Shown: positions 46,107 through 56,580 of the stretch, in pieces
Layout of the letters: every line of letters starts with the position of its first letter
How positions within the stretch are numbered: the first letter of the stretch is position 1
Assembly (NCBI GenBank): GCA_965226155.1
Contig: OZ245331.1
Span: 1,182,064 to 1,246,063, forward strand
DNA length: 64,000 bases
Reading direction: 5' to 3'
Origin: Gammaproteobacteria bacterium
GTDB taxonomy: Bacteria; Pseudomonadota; Gammaproteobacteria; Eutrophobiales; Eutrophobiaceae
Translations under genes and position numbers: made by a program
Notes under the pieces: model-generated
The model's input: the letters and a program-made list of their open reading frames with translations, nothing else
Database searches by the model: none
What the model was told of the DNA's origin: nothing

Positions 46107-47384
46107 TTAGTTGTGATCAGTATTTGATGAATCCATGGGAAGGTTAAATAATTCTCTCGCTACCCGCAGTAGCTCGTCTCGTCTATCTTCACTGATGTTA
46201 CGCAGTTGTGCACTGGGCGAATGAATAAGTTTGTTAGTAAGGGTCCTAGCCATTTCTTGCATTACCATCTCAGGTTCTTCACCTTGCTTAAGTCGTTTTG
46301 TTGCTAAATTCACTACTTCCTGTTGTGTCAACTCCGCCTGATCACGAATTGCCTTGATAGTAGACGTGGCGTTTAGAGAATTTACCCAGTCCATAAAATT
46401 TATTACTTGTGTGTCGATAATTTTCTCAGCATGTATTGCAGCTTGTTCACGATTGCGAATATTTTCTTCAATGACATACTTCAAATCATCCACTGTATAG
46501 AGATAAATGTCATCTAGCTCACCTGCTTCGGGTTCGACGTCCCGTGGAACTGCAATATCGACAATATAAATTGGTTTATGCTTTCGTTTTGTTATGGCGT
46601 TTTTTACAACATCCAATGTAAGAACAAATTCTGAGCTTCCAGTAGAGGTGATAACGATATCTGCTTCATCAAGATGTTGCGGTATATCGTCCATAGTGAT
46701 TGCATATCCAGAATATTCACCTGCAATGTGCTGGGCTTTTTCAAGCGTACGATTTGCGATAATTAATCTATGTAAACCTTTTTCGGATAAATACTTTGCA
46801 GTGAGTTCAATTGTTTCGCCGGCCCCAATTAGCAGTGACGTTCTGTTAGAAAGATCACCAAAGATCTGCTGCCCAAGCCGTACCGCCGCGAAGGCGATCG
46901 ATACCGGGTGGTTGCCGATTTCGGTATTACTTCTAATTTCTTTGGCTACTTTAAATGAGTGTTGGAACAACCTACCAAGTAATTGGCCGATACTGCCGGC
47001 ATCCACGGCAGTTTTATATGCCGATTTCATCTGACCTAATACTTGTGGTTCACCCAGCACCATGGAGTCCAGTCCGCTAGCAACTCGCAGCACATGCTTT
47101 ACAGCATTTGCATTGGGATACGAATACAAAAACTGATTAATATCCATGAACTTCAGACTGTGAAAATTTGACAACCAGTTTATTAGTGATTGTTGGGCAT
47201 CATTTTCTAGACTGCAATAGATCTCTGTCCGATTACAGGTAGACAAGATAGCGACTTCATCGATACCCATTTGGCGCCGCAATTCAATCAAGGCATCAGG
47301 CAATACTTCACCAGTGAAAACGACTTTTTCACGGATCTCCACAGGAGCAGTAGTATGGTTCAATCCCAGTGCCAGTAAGGTCAT
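46107..47384 (-). CDS. hemA: glutamyl-tRNA reductase
   Basis: MTLLALGLNHTTAPVEIREKV...STCNRTEIY; 425 aa; hemA-prfA-prmC order. Confidence 0.93.
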   Translation of the reverse strand: MTLLALGLNHTTAPVEIREKVVFTGEVLPDALIELRRQMGIDEVAILSTCNRTEIYCSLENDAQQSLINWLSNFHSLKFMDINQFLYSYPNANAVKHVLRVASGLDSMVLGEPQVLGQMKSAYKTAVDAGSIGQLLGRLFQHSFKVAKEIRSNTEIGNHPVSIAFAAVRLGQQIFGDLSNRTSLLIGAGETIELTAKYLSEKGLHRLIIANRTLEKAQHIAGEYSGYAITMDDIPQHLDEADIVITSTGSSEFVLTLDVVKNAITKRKHKPIYIVDIAVPRDVEPEAGELDDIYLYTVDDLKYVIEENIRNREQAAIHAEKIIDTQVINFMDWVNSLNATSTIKAIRDQAELTQQEVVNLATKRLKQGEEPEMVMQEMARTLTNKLIHSPSAQLRNISEDRRDELLRVARELFNLPMDSSNTDHN

Positions 47385-47653
47385 TTTGTCTGTCAGCTCA
47401 CGTGCTTATAATAAATAGCGGTTATCAGTAGCATTATAATTAAATAAAATACCTATAATTCAATGACTTGAATAAATTCTTCCTATAATCAGATATTTGA
47501 CAGGTTTCAGTCGGTCGCATCGTAGATTTAAACCTGCGCATTTTCACCTTCAATATACATTTTTCAGATGAACCTATCGTTTGCATTTACTGTCCATTTA
47601 ACTAAAAATTCACTATGTTTAATTCTAAGCGAAAATAAGCCAGGAACCAGAAA

Positions 47654-49417
47654 TTGCGGGTATATAAAGCACGATATCTGTTCGAGGTCGTATTATACGC
47701 TTCACTGGTAGCAGGTTGCGCAACTACCGGTGTAAATCCGGGACAAGATGCGACGACGTCATCCAACTCAGCAGAATCAAAACCACAGCCTGAACCTAGA
47801 ATCATCAGGGTAGAGCCTACCAGGCCTAAAATTGAGCTGACCGACGACCTGCTCTATCGCATCTTGGAAGCCGAAATTGCTGGCCAGCGTGGGCAGCTGG
47901 AGATTGCAGTTTCAAGTTACCTTGATCTTGCACGTACAACACGTGATCCAAAAATTGTCGAAAGAGCATCGCGGATTGCCGTTTTTGCACGCAACAATAA
48001 AGCAGCAAAAGAAGCCGCAACAATTTGGGTTGAACTCGACCCACGTAATCCTGATCCGCACCAGATCCTCGCCCTTATGGCAATTCGGGAGAAAAATATT
48101 GACGATGCTCTACTCCATTTACAAAGTATTCTCGACTACACATATGGGGAAGTTGACAAAAAATTACTGATGATTGCAAACCTTGTGAGGCGTGAGTCAG
48201 AAAACGACCTAATCATGGATGTAATGGAAAAGCTGGTCATGACACGCGCAGATTCTCCCAAGGTATTGTTTGCATTCGCTCGTATTGCAACGATCTTGGG
48301 AAATTATGATCGAGCAATCGAGCTGTTAGACAAGACACTGAAACTAGATCCTGAAAATGACAATGCGGCGATCAGTTACATAACAATCAAGCGACGCCAG
48401 GAGAAATTAGACGAAGCAATTACTTGGGTTGAAAGTTTTTTACAAAATCGTGGTGATGATGATTTTAGTCTGAGACTTAGTTACGCTCGTTTACTAACGG
48501 ATTCCAAGCGTTACGAAGATTCAAGACAGCAATATGAAATCCTCGTAGAGCAGGCGCCTAATAATGTAGATATATTATTTGCCCTTGGGCTACTTTATCT
48601 TCAAGAAAACCGGCTGAACGATGCAGAAGGTTATTTCAACCGATTATCAAAACGCGGGAGTTTCAATAACGAAGCAAATTATTATCTGGGTCGTATTGCT
48701 GAGGATCGCAAAAAATTAGATCAGGCAGCGATCTGGTATCAGGGTGTGCAGAAAGGACAAAATTATTTCGATTCACGGGTAAGGCTTGCTTTAATCTTGG
48801 CCAAACAAAATCGGATTGATGGCGCAAGGAAACACCTGAACTCAATCATTACCCAGAACGATGTGGAGCGGGTAATCCTAATCCAGGCTGAAGGTGAAAT
48901 CCTGGTAGAAGAAAACCGGTTACAAGAAGCGATGGAAGTTTATAACCTAGCAATAAGTGACAGTTATAACCAAGACCTATTGTATTCGCGCGCAATGCTG
49001 GCAGAAAAAATGGATAGGCTAGATATCTTAGAAAGTGATCTGAAACAGATTCTGACCCACGATCCGGATAACGCACAGGCTCTGAATGCACTTGGCTATA
49101 CCCTGGCAGATAGGACCAATCGATATGATGAAGCACTGAAATTTATTAATCGCGCGCTGGAACTGAGCCCGAACGATTATTACATTCTTGATAGCAAGGG
49201 CTGGATACTCTTTCGATTGGGTAAGTTGGATGAAGCCATCGACTATTTGCAAAAGGCATTGGAATTGAGACCTGATGGGGAGATTGCCGCCCATCTTGGA
49301 GAGGTTCTCTGGGTCAAGGGGAATACTAAGCAGGCAAAAAAAGTCTGGGAGACCGCATTAAAAGCGACCCCAGGCAATCTCATGCTACAGAATGTCATAC
49401 AGCGGTTTAATCCCTGA
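47654..49417 (+). CDS. TPR-repeat lipoprotein upstream of lolB
   Basis: Lipobox LVAGC; many TPR repeats; same position as the TPR protein preceding lolB in pseudomonads. Start codon uncertain (TTG). Confidence 0.7.
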   Translation: MRVYKARYLFEVVLYASLVAGCATTGVNPGQDATTSSNSAESKPQPEPRIIRVEPTRPKIELTDDLLYRILEAEIAGQRGQLEIAVSSYLDLARTTRDPKIVERASRIAVFARNNKAAKEAATIWVELDPRNPDPHQILALMAIREKNIDDALLHLQSILDYTYGEVDKKLLMIANLVRRESENDLIMDVMEKLVMTRADSPKVLFAFARIATILGNYDRAIELLDKTLKLDPENDNAAISYITIKRRQEKLDEAITWVESFLQNRGDDDFSLRLSYARLLTDSKRYEDSRQQYEILVEQAPNNVDILFALGLLYLQENRLNDAEGYFNRLSKRGSFNNEANYYLGRIAEDRKKLDQAAIWYQGVQKGQNYFDSRVRLALILAKQNRIDGARKHLNSIITQNDVERVILIQAEGEILVEENRLQEAMEVYNLAISDSYNQDLLYSRAMLAEKMDRLDILESDLKQILTHDPDNAQALNALGYTLADRTNRYDEALKFINRALELSPNDYYILDSKGWILFRLGKLDEAIDYLQKALELRPDGEIAAHLGEVLWVKGNTKQAKKVWETALKATPGNLMLQNVIQRFNP

Positions 49418-49484
49418 TTCAAAAGAATACCGCATACACTCTAGAACTCGGGGCCAGATTGTCCGGGGCTGATCTCCCAACATT

Positions 49485-50111
49485 ATGAAAGCTACTTGCA
49501 TGGATTTGCGCTGTATTACATTCAACTCAACTCTGATATTTTTACTTGTCATAAGTGGATGTGTATCTAAACCGCCTGTATCTGATCAGTTTAAACATGA
49601 TCAGTGGCAACTGCATCAGCAGAGACTCGCAGAATTGAGCGAGTGGGAACTCAGTGGCAGGATTTCGTTTCGAATAGATGATGATGCATGGACAGCGAGC
49701 CTAATATGGATCCAGAATCAACAGAATTTTAATTTTCGTGTTATCGCTCCGCTAGGCCAGGGATCATTCGAGTTCAGCGGGAATGAGGAATTTGCTGAAC
49801 TCAGGACGAGTAAGAATGAAGTTTTTACTTCCAAAAATGCTGATGAGTTATTGCGCAATCATCTTAATTTAGATGTTCCTGTAACTGGTCTTCTATTTTG
49901 GATAAAGGGACTCCCGCAGTCAGGCATTAGATCTGACACACTGCTCTATGATGATAGTGGCAGAATTACTGATTTAATGCAGGCAGGTTGGTTAGTAAAG
50001 TATGACGATTACATCAATGCACAGGGTTATGATGTTCCCACCCGTTTAACAATTCAACGTGACAAAATCAGACTCAGATTAATCATAAAAAACTGGAAGA
50101 TTACGTCGTGA
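49485..50111 (+). CDS. lolB: outer-membrane lipoprotein LolB
   Basis: Lipobox VISGC; 208 aa; precedes ispE. Confidence 0.8.
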   Translation: MKATCMDLRCITFNSTLIFLLVISGCVSKPPVSDQFKHDQWQLHQQRLAELSEWELSGRISFRIDDDAWTASLIWIQNQQNFNFRVIAPLGQGSFEFSGNEEFAELRTSKNEVFTSKNADELLRNHLNLDVPVTGLLFWIKGLPQSGIRSDTLLYDDSGRITDLMQAGWLVKYDDYINAQGYDVPTRLTIQRDKIRLRLIIKNWKITS

Positions 50112-50959
50112 GTTCACGCCCGTGGCCAGCACCTGCCAAGATCAACCTTTTTCTGCACGTAGTCAGTCGACAAGAGAACGGTTATCATCATCTTCAAACT
50201 GTGTTCCAGTTTCTAGATTACGTGGATGAACTAAAATTTGACCTGACCAAGGACGAGTTAATTTCACTTAATAGTAATTACACACAAACAAGTAATGACG
50301 ACGATTTAATCCTTCGTGCTGCACACGCCCTGATGCAGGCATCCGGCGTTAAAAAAGGTGCAGCAATCTCTATAATGAAACATATTCCCATGGGCGGAGG
50401 GTTGGGGGGAGGTAGTTCGGATGTAGCGACAACATTGGTCGCATTAAACGAATTATGGCATACTGGATTTTCCGTTGATGAACTGACGAACCTTGGTGTA
50501 AAGCTCGGAGCGGATGTCCCGGTATTTATTCGGGGTCATTCGGCCTGGGCAGAGGGAATCGGTGAAATATTGACACCCATCGAACCGGATGAGGACTGGT
50601 TTGTCGTTATCCACCCCGGCTGCCATGTGCCAACTGCCCAGATATTTGCCGATCCTGATTTGACACGTAATTCTCCACCTATCACAATACGCGACTTTGT
50701 CTCTGGTGCCGTCCATAATGACTGTGAGAAAGTCGTTTTTAGGGAATATCCCGAGGTAGCTCGAGCTGCGAAATGGTTAAATAACTGGTCAGAAGCAAGA
50801 ATGACAGGTACCGGCTCCTGTGTTTTCGGAAGATTTAACAACAAGTTGCGGGCAGATGAAGTACTGAAGCAAATGCCAGCTGATTGGCAGGGATTTGTTG
50901 CTCAGGGGATAAATTATTCACCTTTAATGGAAAGACTGGCGCTGGAAAAGCAGGACTAG
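50108..50959 (+). CDS. ispE: 4-diphosphocytidyl-2-C-methyl-D-erythritol kinase
   Basis: WPAPAKINLFLHV and PMGGGLGGGSSDVATTL, a GHMP kinase motif. Confidence 0.92.
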   Translation: MSSRPWPAPAKINLFLHVVSRQENGYHHLQTVFQFLDYVDELKFDLTKDELISLNSNYTQTSNDDDLILRAAHALMQASGVKKGAAISIMKHIPMGGGLGGGSSDVATTLVALNELWHTGFSVDELTNLGVKLGADVPVFIRGHSAWAEGIGEILTPIEPDEDWFVVIHPGCHVPTAQIFADPDLTRNSPPITIRDFVSGAVHNDCEKVVFREYPEVARAAKWLNNWSEARMTGTGSCVFGRFNNKLRADEVLKQMPADWQGFVAQGINYSPLMERLALEKQD

Positions 50960-50994
50960 GCTGGAACCTGCTTGGATGGGGATTTTTGAAATTT

Positions 50995-51070
50995 TGGGGT
51001 GTGGCCAAGCGGTTAAGGCACAGGGTTTTGATCCCTGCATTCCCAGGTTCGAATCCTGGCACCCCAGCCA
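50995..51070 (+). tRNA. tRNA-Gln (anticodon TTG), CCA encoded
   Basis: TGGGGTG/CACCCCA acceptor stem, anticodon stem CAGGG/CCCTG with loop TTTTGAT, T arm CAGGTTCGAATCCTG; ispE-tRNA-Gln-prs synteny. Confidence 0.9.
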
Positions 51071-51131
51071 TATGCTAATGAAATTGATAATTAACTGTTT
51101 TAACTAACAGACTACAAACCTGGTTAAAAAA

Positions 51132-52085
51132 ATGTCCCTGGTAAACTTAATGCTCTTTAGCGGTAACGCCAACAGTAAACTGGCGTCCGATATCGCAAGT
51201 CATCTGAATCTGCCACTTGGAAAGATCACTGTCGATCAATTCAGTGATGGTGAGGTCACGGTGGAGATCGGGGAAAATGTCAGGGGTCGCGATATTTTTA
51301 TCGTACAGTCATTGTGTACGCCGACCAATGATAACCTCATGGAGTTGCTGATTATAACCGACGCCATGAAGCGAGCATCGTCTGCCAGGGTGACCGCAAT
51401 CATCCCCTACATGGGTTATGCTCGGCAAGATCGCAGGACTCGGTCAACCCGCGTACCAATTTCAGCTAAAGTTGTTGCCAACATGATCGAAGCAGCTGGT
51501 ATCGATCGGTTATTGACGATTGATCTACATGTTGATCAGATCCAAGGTTTCTTTGATATACCATTAGATAATGTATACGCCTCCCCGGTGTTGTTGGGAG
51601 ATGTCTGGAAGCATAAGTACCCAAATCAAATGGTAGTTTCACCTGATATAGGAGGTGTGGTTCGCGCACGCGCATTAGCAAAGAGGCTTGAAGACGCCGA
51701 CCTAGCTATTATCGATAAACGACGGCCGAATCCCAATGAGTCAGAAGTGATGAATATTATTGGTGATGTTAAAGATCGCTCATGCATTATTATTGATGAC
51801 TTGGTCGATACGGCTGGGACCTTGTGTAATGCAGCAGCAGCACTGAAGGAGAGGGGTGCGCAACTTGTAACTGCTTATTGTACCCATGCGGTATTGTCCG
51901 GCAACGCATTAAGTAACATTAACGGATCGCAACTGGATGAATTGGTCGTTACGGATACCATCCCGCTGAGCGAAGAAGCATCTAAGAGCTCACATATACG
52001 ACAACTGAGCGTAGCTGCAATGTTGGCAGAAAGTATCCGGCGTATATCGGAGGGAGAGTCGTTAAGTTCCATGTTTATTGACTAA
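51132..52085 (+). CDS. prs: ribose-phosphate pyrophosphokinase
   Basis: MLFSGNAN..., [30 protein letters not shown] motifs. Confidence 0.93.
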   Translation: MSLVNLMLFSGNANSKLASDIASHLNLPLGKITVDQFSDGEVTVEIGENVRGRDIFIVQSLCTPTNDNLMELLIITDAMKRASSARVTAIIPYMGYARQDRRTRSTRVPISAKVVANMIEAAGIDRLLTIDLHVDQIQGFFDIPLDNVYASPVLLGDVWKHKYPNQMVVSPDIGGVVRARALAKRLEDADLAIIDKRRPNPNESEVMNIIGDVKDRSCIIIDDLVDTAGTLCNAAAALKERGAQLVTAYCTHAVLSGNALSNINGSQLDELVVTDTIPLSEEASKSSHIRQLSVAAMLAESIRRISEGESLSSMFID

Positions 52086-52151
52086 GCATTTGCAGGCTTA
52101 GTTTGGTGCAGAAATTATAGTTAGCTAGAAAAAAATAAATAATTTATAACC

Positions 52152-52186
52152 GTCGTTTACTGGTCGCAAGTAAACGGCATTTTTTA
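52152..52186 (+). terminator. rho-independent terminator after prs
   Basis: GTCGTTTAC-TGGTCGCAA-GTAAACGGC (9-bp stem) followed by ATTTTTTAT. Confidence 0.7.
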
Positions 52187-52207
52187 TATCAAACCAGGAG
52201 TAGTTAC

Positions 52208-52888
52208 ATGCAACAATTTGAAATAACCGCAGAGTTGCGGAAAGACATAGGTAAAGGTGCGAGCCGCCGCTTACGTCGTTCCGGCAACGTCCCCGGTATA
52301 CTTTATGGGACAGGTAAAGAATCCGTGTCGATTTTTATGAATCATAATGATCTAATGCACAGCCTTGAGAACGAGGCGTTTTATTCACATATTCTCACGC
52401 TAAAAATAGGAAAAGATACAGAAGAGGTTGTGCTGAGAGACCTGCAAAGGCATCCATACAAGCCAAGGCTGCTGCATATTGATCTGCAACGGATCAAGGC
52501 GACAGAGAAAATTACTATGCGGGTACCAATTCATATTCTTAACGAAGCTATATGTCCTGGAGTCAAAACTGAGCGCGGTATCGTTACCAGTCTTATGACT
52601 CAGTTACACGTTATTTGCCTTCCTAAAGATTTGCCCGAATTTATCGAAGTTGACATTGAAGCCTTGCATGTCGGTGACGCTTTTCATGTTCGTGATCTGA
52701 AGATACCGAAAGATGTTGAGCTAGAAATACTGGTATCGGGCGGTGACCCTGACCAGGCAGTTGTACTGGTACATGCGCCACAGGTTGAAGAGGAACCGGT
52801 TGTAGAGGAAGAAGAGGTTGCACCTGAGGAAGGAGATATTTCAGAAGAACCTGAAATGGGCAAAGATGATTTCGATTCCACTGAATGA
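52208..52888 (+). CDS. rplY: 50S ribosomal protein L25 / general stress protein Ctc
   Basis: GKGASRRLRRSGNVPGILYG N-terminus; acidic C-terminal tail; 226 aa. Confidence 0.9.
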   Translation: MQQFEITAELRKDIGKGASRRLRRSGNVPGILYGTGKESVSIFMNHNDLMHSLENEAFYSHILTLKIGKDTEEVVLRDLQRHPYKPRLLHIDLQRIKATEKITMRVPIHILNEAICPGVKTERGIVTSLMTQLHVICLPKDLPEFIEVDIEALHVGDAFHVRDLKIPKDVELEILVSGGDPDQAVVLVHAPQVEEEPVVEEEEVAPEEGDISEEPEMGKDDFDSTE

Positions 52889-52915
52889 CGATAGTGGGCT
52901 CCTAGGCCGTTACCA

Positions 52916-53497
52916 TTGAAACTCATAGCTGGTCTCGGCAACCCTGGATTGAAATATACAGAAACCCGGCACAATGCCGGGTTCTGGTTTGTGAACCGTC
53001 TAGCATCAAACAATCAGTTGTTGTTCAACCTCAATTCGAAGTTCTTTGGATATTTAGCAAGATATAACGCTGGTGAGATAGATTGTCGTTTGTTGAAACC
53101 AGAAACCTTCATGAACGAGAGTGGCAGAGCAGTATTGGCAGTTGCCGGTTATTACAATATCGAGCCTGAGGAAATGCTAATCGTACATGACGAGATCGAT
53201 CTCGATGCAGGTGTCATTCGCCTAAAAAAAGGAGGAGGGCACGGCGGTCATAACGGGATTCGTAACATTATGGAGCAATCAGGAAACGGTGACTTTATGC
53301 GAATGCGGATCGGTGTTGGACATCCCGGTAACAAGGATGATGTCGTACAGCATCTCCTGTATGATAAACCGAGCAGTGATGATCGAAGTTTGATTGATAG
53401 TGCTATCGAAAGAGCCTTGGAGGTTATGCCTCTAGTCTTCAATGGAGAATTGAATAAGGCGATGACGAAACTCAACGTGAACAATAAACCAAAATAA
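52916..53497 (+). CDS. pth: peptidyl-tRNA hydrolase
   Basis: (TTG start) KLIAGLGNPG..YTETRHNAGF, MNESGR, HDEIDL motifs. Confidence 0.92.
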   Translation: MKLIAGLGNPGLKYTETRHNAGFWFVNRLASNNQLLFNLNSKFFGYLARYNAGEIDCRLLKPETFMNESGRAVLAVAGYYNIEPEEMLIVHDEIDLDAGVIRLKKGGGHGGHNGIRNIMEQSGNGDFMRMRIGVGHPGNKDDVVQHLLYDKPSSDDRSLIDSAIERALEVMPLVFNGELNKAMTKLNVNNKPK

Positions 53498-53583
53498 ACT
53501 TGCGACTAGTAACAAGGAGTTATCATTAGTGAAAATTTTTTATTCCTTGTGTTTAACAGCAATTTAATAGCAGCTTTCTTATA

Positions 53584-54675
53584 ATGGGTTTCAAGTGCGG
53601 TATTGTCGGTCTTCCAAATGTAGGCAAGTCTACATTATTTAATGCTTTAACTAGCTCACACATCAGCGCCGAAAACTACCCATTTTGCACAATTGATCCC
53701 AACATAGGTATCGTTCCAGTACCGGATCCACGCCTGTGGGATATTGCCGAAGTTGCTAAACCGAAACAAGTCATACCAGCGCATATGGAATTTGTTGATA
53801 TAGCTGGTCTAGTGGAGGGTGCATCTAAGGGCGAAGGCTTAGGTAATAAATTCCTATCTTATATCCGTGAGACACAAGCGATCACACAGGTTGTGCGATG
53901 TTTTGATAATGAAAATGTCGTCCATGTAGCTGGTAAGATTGACCCGCTGGCGGATATAGAAGTCATTAATACCGAGTTATGTTTAGCAGATCAGGAAACG
54001 CTGGACAAGGCAAAGCAAAAAGTAGAAAAGGCGACCCGAAGTGGTGATAAGGAATCGAAAATTCATCTCGCCATGCTTGAGAAAACCAATTCACATGTAG
54101 ATGAGGGGAAACCGGTTCGGTCTCTCGCATTGACAGAGACGGAAGAGGAATTTATTTCCGATCTGCATTTACTGACTGCAAAGCCAACTATCTATATTGC
54201 CAACGTGGAAGAAGATGGGATGGAATCCAACCAATGGTTAGAAAAACTGCAGCGATTGGCAGATGCAGAAGGTAGCCAAGTGATACCGGTTTGTATCGCA
54301 CTAGAATCAGAAATCGCAGAACTTGATAAGGCAGAGCGTAAGAGTTTCCTCTTGGAACTGGGCCTTCAGGAACCTGGATTGAATAGGATAATACGTGTCG
54401 GTTATACACTGCTGGGATTGCAGACGTATTTTACTGCAGGACCGAAAGAAGTCCGTGCCTGGACAATTAAATTAGGTGATACAGCGCCAACAGCGGCAAG
54501 TAAAATTCATACTGATTTTGAACAAGGGTTTATTCGGGCTGAAGTAATTTCCTACCGTGATTACATCAGCCATGGGGGTGAACAAGGTGCAAAGGACGCA
54601 GGTAAATGGCGACTTGAAGGGAGAGACTATGTCGTCGATGATGGAGACGTCATGCTGTTCCGTTTTAATGTATGA
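53584..54675 (+). CDS. ychF: redox-regulated ATPase YchF
   Basis: [23 protein letters not shown]...; 363 aa; C-terminal TGS-like domain. Confidence 0.93.
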   Translation: MGFKCGIVGLPNVGKSTLFNALTSSHISAENYPFCTIDPNIGIVPVPDPRLWDIAEVAKPKQVIPAHMEFVDIAGLVEGASKGEGLGNKFLSYIRETQAITQVVRCFDNENVVHVAGKIDPLADIEVINTELCLADQETLDKAKQKVEKATRSGDKESKIHLAMLEKTNSHVDEGKPVRSLALTETEEEFISDLHLLTAKPTIYIANVEEDGMESNQWLEKLQRLADAEGSQVIPVCIALESEIAELDKAERKSFLLELGLQEPGLNRIIRVGYTLLGLQTYFTAGPKEVRAWTIKLGDTAPTAASKIHTDFEQGFIRAEVISYRDYISHGGEQGAKDAGKWRLEGRDYVVDDGDVMLFRFNV

Positions 54676-54724
54676 TAGTTAAGATCATAGTTTTCTTTAA
54701 ACTCTGTAAATTATAAAACCAAAC

Positions 54725-55369
54725 ATGATCAATCTGCCGCTCCGTAGGGAGATTATTAAAGCAGCGCAACAGTTCAACTCGACAGGATTAAGCGCAAGTA
54801 CATCTGGAAATCTAAGTGCTAGAACAAAACACGGTTTTTTGATCACTCCTATGGGTGTTGAATACGAAAAACTACAACCCGGATCTCTCGTCGAACTCGA
54901 TACCAATGGGAAAAAGATAAATGGCCGATTAGAGCCGTCTTCTGAATGGCGATTCCACAAGGATATTTATGATAAACGCGCTGAATCCCACGCGATAGTT
55001 CACGTACATTCACCCTTTGCTACAGCCATTGCTTGTACACGTAAGCCTATCCCCGCATTTCATTATTTGATAGCACTTGCTGGCGGCAACTCAATACGCT
55101 GTGCACAGTACGCTACTTTCGGAACGCAGGCTTTATCAAGAAATGCCTTAAAGGCCCTTAAAGGCAGGTCCGCCTGTTTGCTGGTGAATCATGGGCAGAT
55201 TGCTATTGGCGATTGAGTTGCGTCTGCGCTCAACATGGCAAAAGAAGTTGAGGAACTCGCCAAACACTACTGCTTATCGAATATGGCGGGCAAGCCGGTT
55301 CTACTAAATAAAAAAGAACTATCCGAGAACCAAGAAAAAATCATGACAAATAGAAAGAAAACAGACTAA
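54725..55369 (+). pseudogene. class II aldolase/adducin-family protein with an in-frame TGA
   Basis: STSGNLSAR, SSEWRFH, VHVHSP and LVNHGQIAIGD are followed by TGA (55214-55216). The same frame continues VASALNMAKEVEELAKHY..., the conserved C-terminal helix region, to TAA 55367. Confidence 0.7.
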
Positions 55370-56119
55370 ATGGAGCTTTGGCAAGGCATAATTCTGTTTA
55401 CTATCGGATGCATCGCCGGTTTTATTAATGTTGTAGCTGGCGGGGGATCACTAATCTCCGTTCCAGTTATGGTGTTCCTTGGGATGCCTGGTCCAGTTGC
55501 AAACGGCACCAACCGTATAGCGATACTTGCACAAAATATCACTGCTATTACTACCTTTTTCAAAAAAGGCTTTTCAGATTTTCGGCTTAGTCTGTCACTT
55601 TCAGCAATGGCTATACCTGGCGCAATCGCAGGCGCGTTTATCGGTACTCGACTGGAAGGTGTATGGTTTAACCGCACTATTGCAATCATTATGATCTTTG
55701 CCATGCTGATGATGATCTTCGACAAGAAACTCAAAACCCCAAAGAGTAATGGAGTAATTTCGCGCAAACGGATGATCATCGGTCACTTGAGTATGATCGC
55801 AATCGGGTTTTACGGTGGATTTATCCAAATTGGCGTTGGTTTTATTATTATGCCGGTTCTGGTTCGTGTAATAGGAATTGATTTGGTGCGTGTGAATATG
55901 CACAAGGTGTTTATTATAGGTAGCTATACAGTCGCATCACTCATTGTGTTTGCTTCCCGGGTAGAGATTGCATGGTTGCTTGGTTTATGTTTGGCGGCCG
56001 GTAATGCACTAGGAGGATGGTTTGGCGTACACTTTTCGGTTACTCGTGGCGACAGAATCATTAAGATAGTACTGAATACGTTATTTGTGATCTTTATAAT
56101 TAAGTTGCTGTTTTTCTGA
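55370..56119 (+). CDS. TauE/SafE (TSUP) family anion-export membrane protein
   Basis: 249 aa, about 8 TM; GGGSLISVPVMVFLG motif; ATG abuts the aldolase-frame stop. Confidence 0.8.
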   Translation: MELWQGIILFTIGCIAGFINVVAGGGSLISVPVMVFLGMPGPVANGTNRIAILAQNITAITTFFKKGFSDFRLSLSLSAMAIPGAIAGAFIGTRLEGVWFNRTIAIIMIFAMLMMIFDKKLKTPKSNGVISRKRMIIGHLSMIAIGFYGGFIQIGVGFIIMPVLVRVIGIDLVRVNMHKVFIIGSYTVASLIVFASRVEIAWLLGLCLAAGNALGGWFGVHFSVTRGDRIIKIVLNTLFVIFIIKLLFF

Positions 56120-56146
56120 AATGAATCTTAAGAGTTACTCAATAAT

Positions 56147-56554
56147 ATGAAAGCATCCGATCTTTCCTGCTGGAAATGCGGGGCATCACTTACTGATGTG
56201 CCAATGCCACTTTCTCGGCTTGCAACATGCAAGGCGTGTCACTCTGATTTACACGTTTGTCGCATGTGTAAATTCTATGACACGTCAGTTGCTAGTAGTT
56301 GCGCGGAACCGGTCGCGGGAAAAGTCAATGACAAACAACGTAAGAATTTTTGCGGTTATCTTCAACCGAATCCGAATATCAGAAGAGAGACCGATAATAT
56401 TGCTAGTAAGCAATCGAAACAGCAGCTGGACTCCTTGTTTGGTATTGACTCAGACGGTAGCGGAGTAGATTCGATGTCAGGAGAAGAGCTGTCCGAAGAA
56501 GAAAAGTCTCGTCAAAAATTAGAAAACCTTTTTGGTACGAAAGAGGGCAAATAA
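56147..56554 (+). CDS. Cys-rich zinc-ribbon protein with acidic tail
   Basis: CWKCG...CKACH...CRMC...C...C pattern in the first 80 aa; low-complexity C-terminus; no family name recalled. Confidence 0.5.
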   Translation: MKASDLSCWKCGASLTDVPMPLSRLATCKACHSDLHVCRMCKFYDTSVASSCAEPVAGKVNDKQRKNFCGYLQPNPNIRRETDNIASKQSKQQLDSLFGIDSDGSGVDSMSGEELSEEEKSRQKLENLFGTKEGK

Positions 56555-56580
56555 GCTAAATACGATTCCCTAGCTATATC

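Noticed and set aside
55214-55216. The in-frame TGA in the aldolase gene as selenocysteine, or the in-frame TAA/TGA codons generally as stop-codon reassignment.
   Set aside because: TAA, TGA and TAG all terminate conserved proteins at their expected C-termini elsewhere in this window (for example msbA and prs with TAA, uvrD with TGA, hemC with TAG). The aldolase position is not a Cys or redox site. Only a weak short hairpin follows the TGA, and no sel genes are visible.
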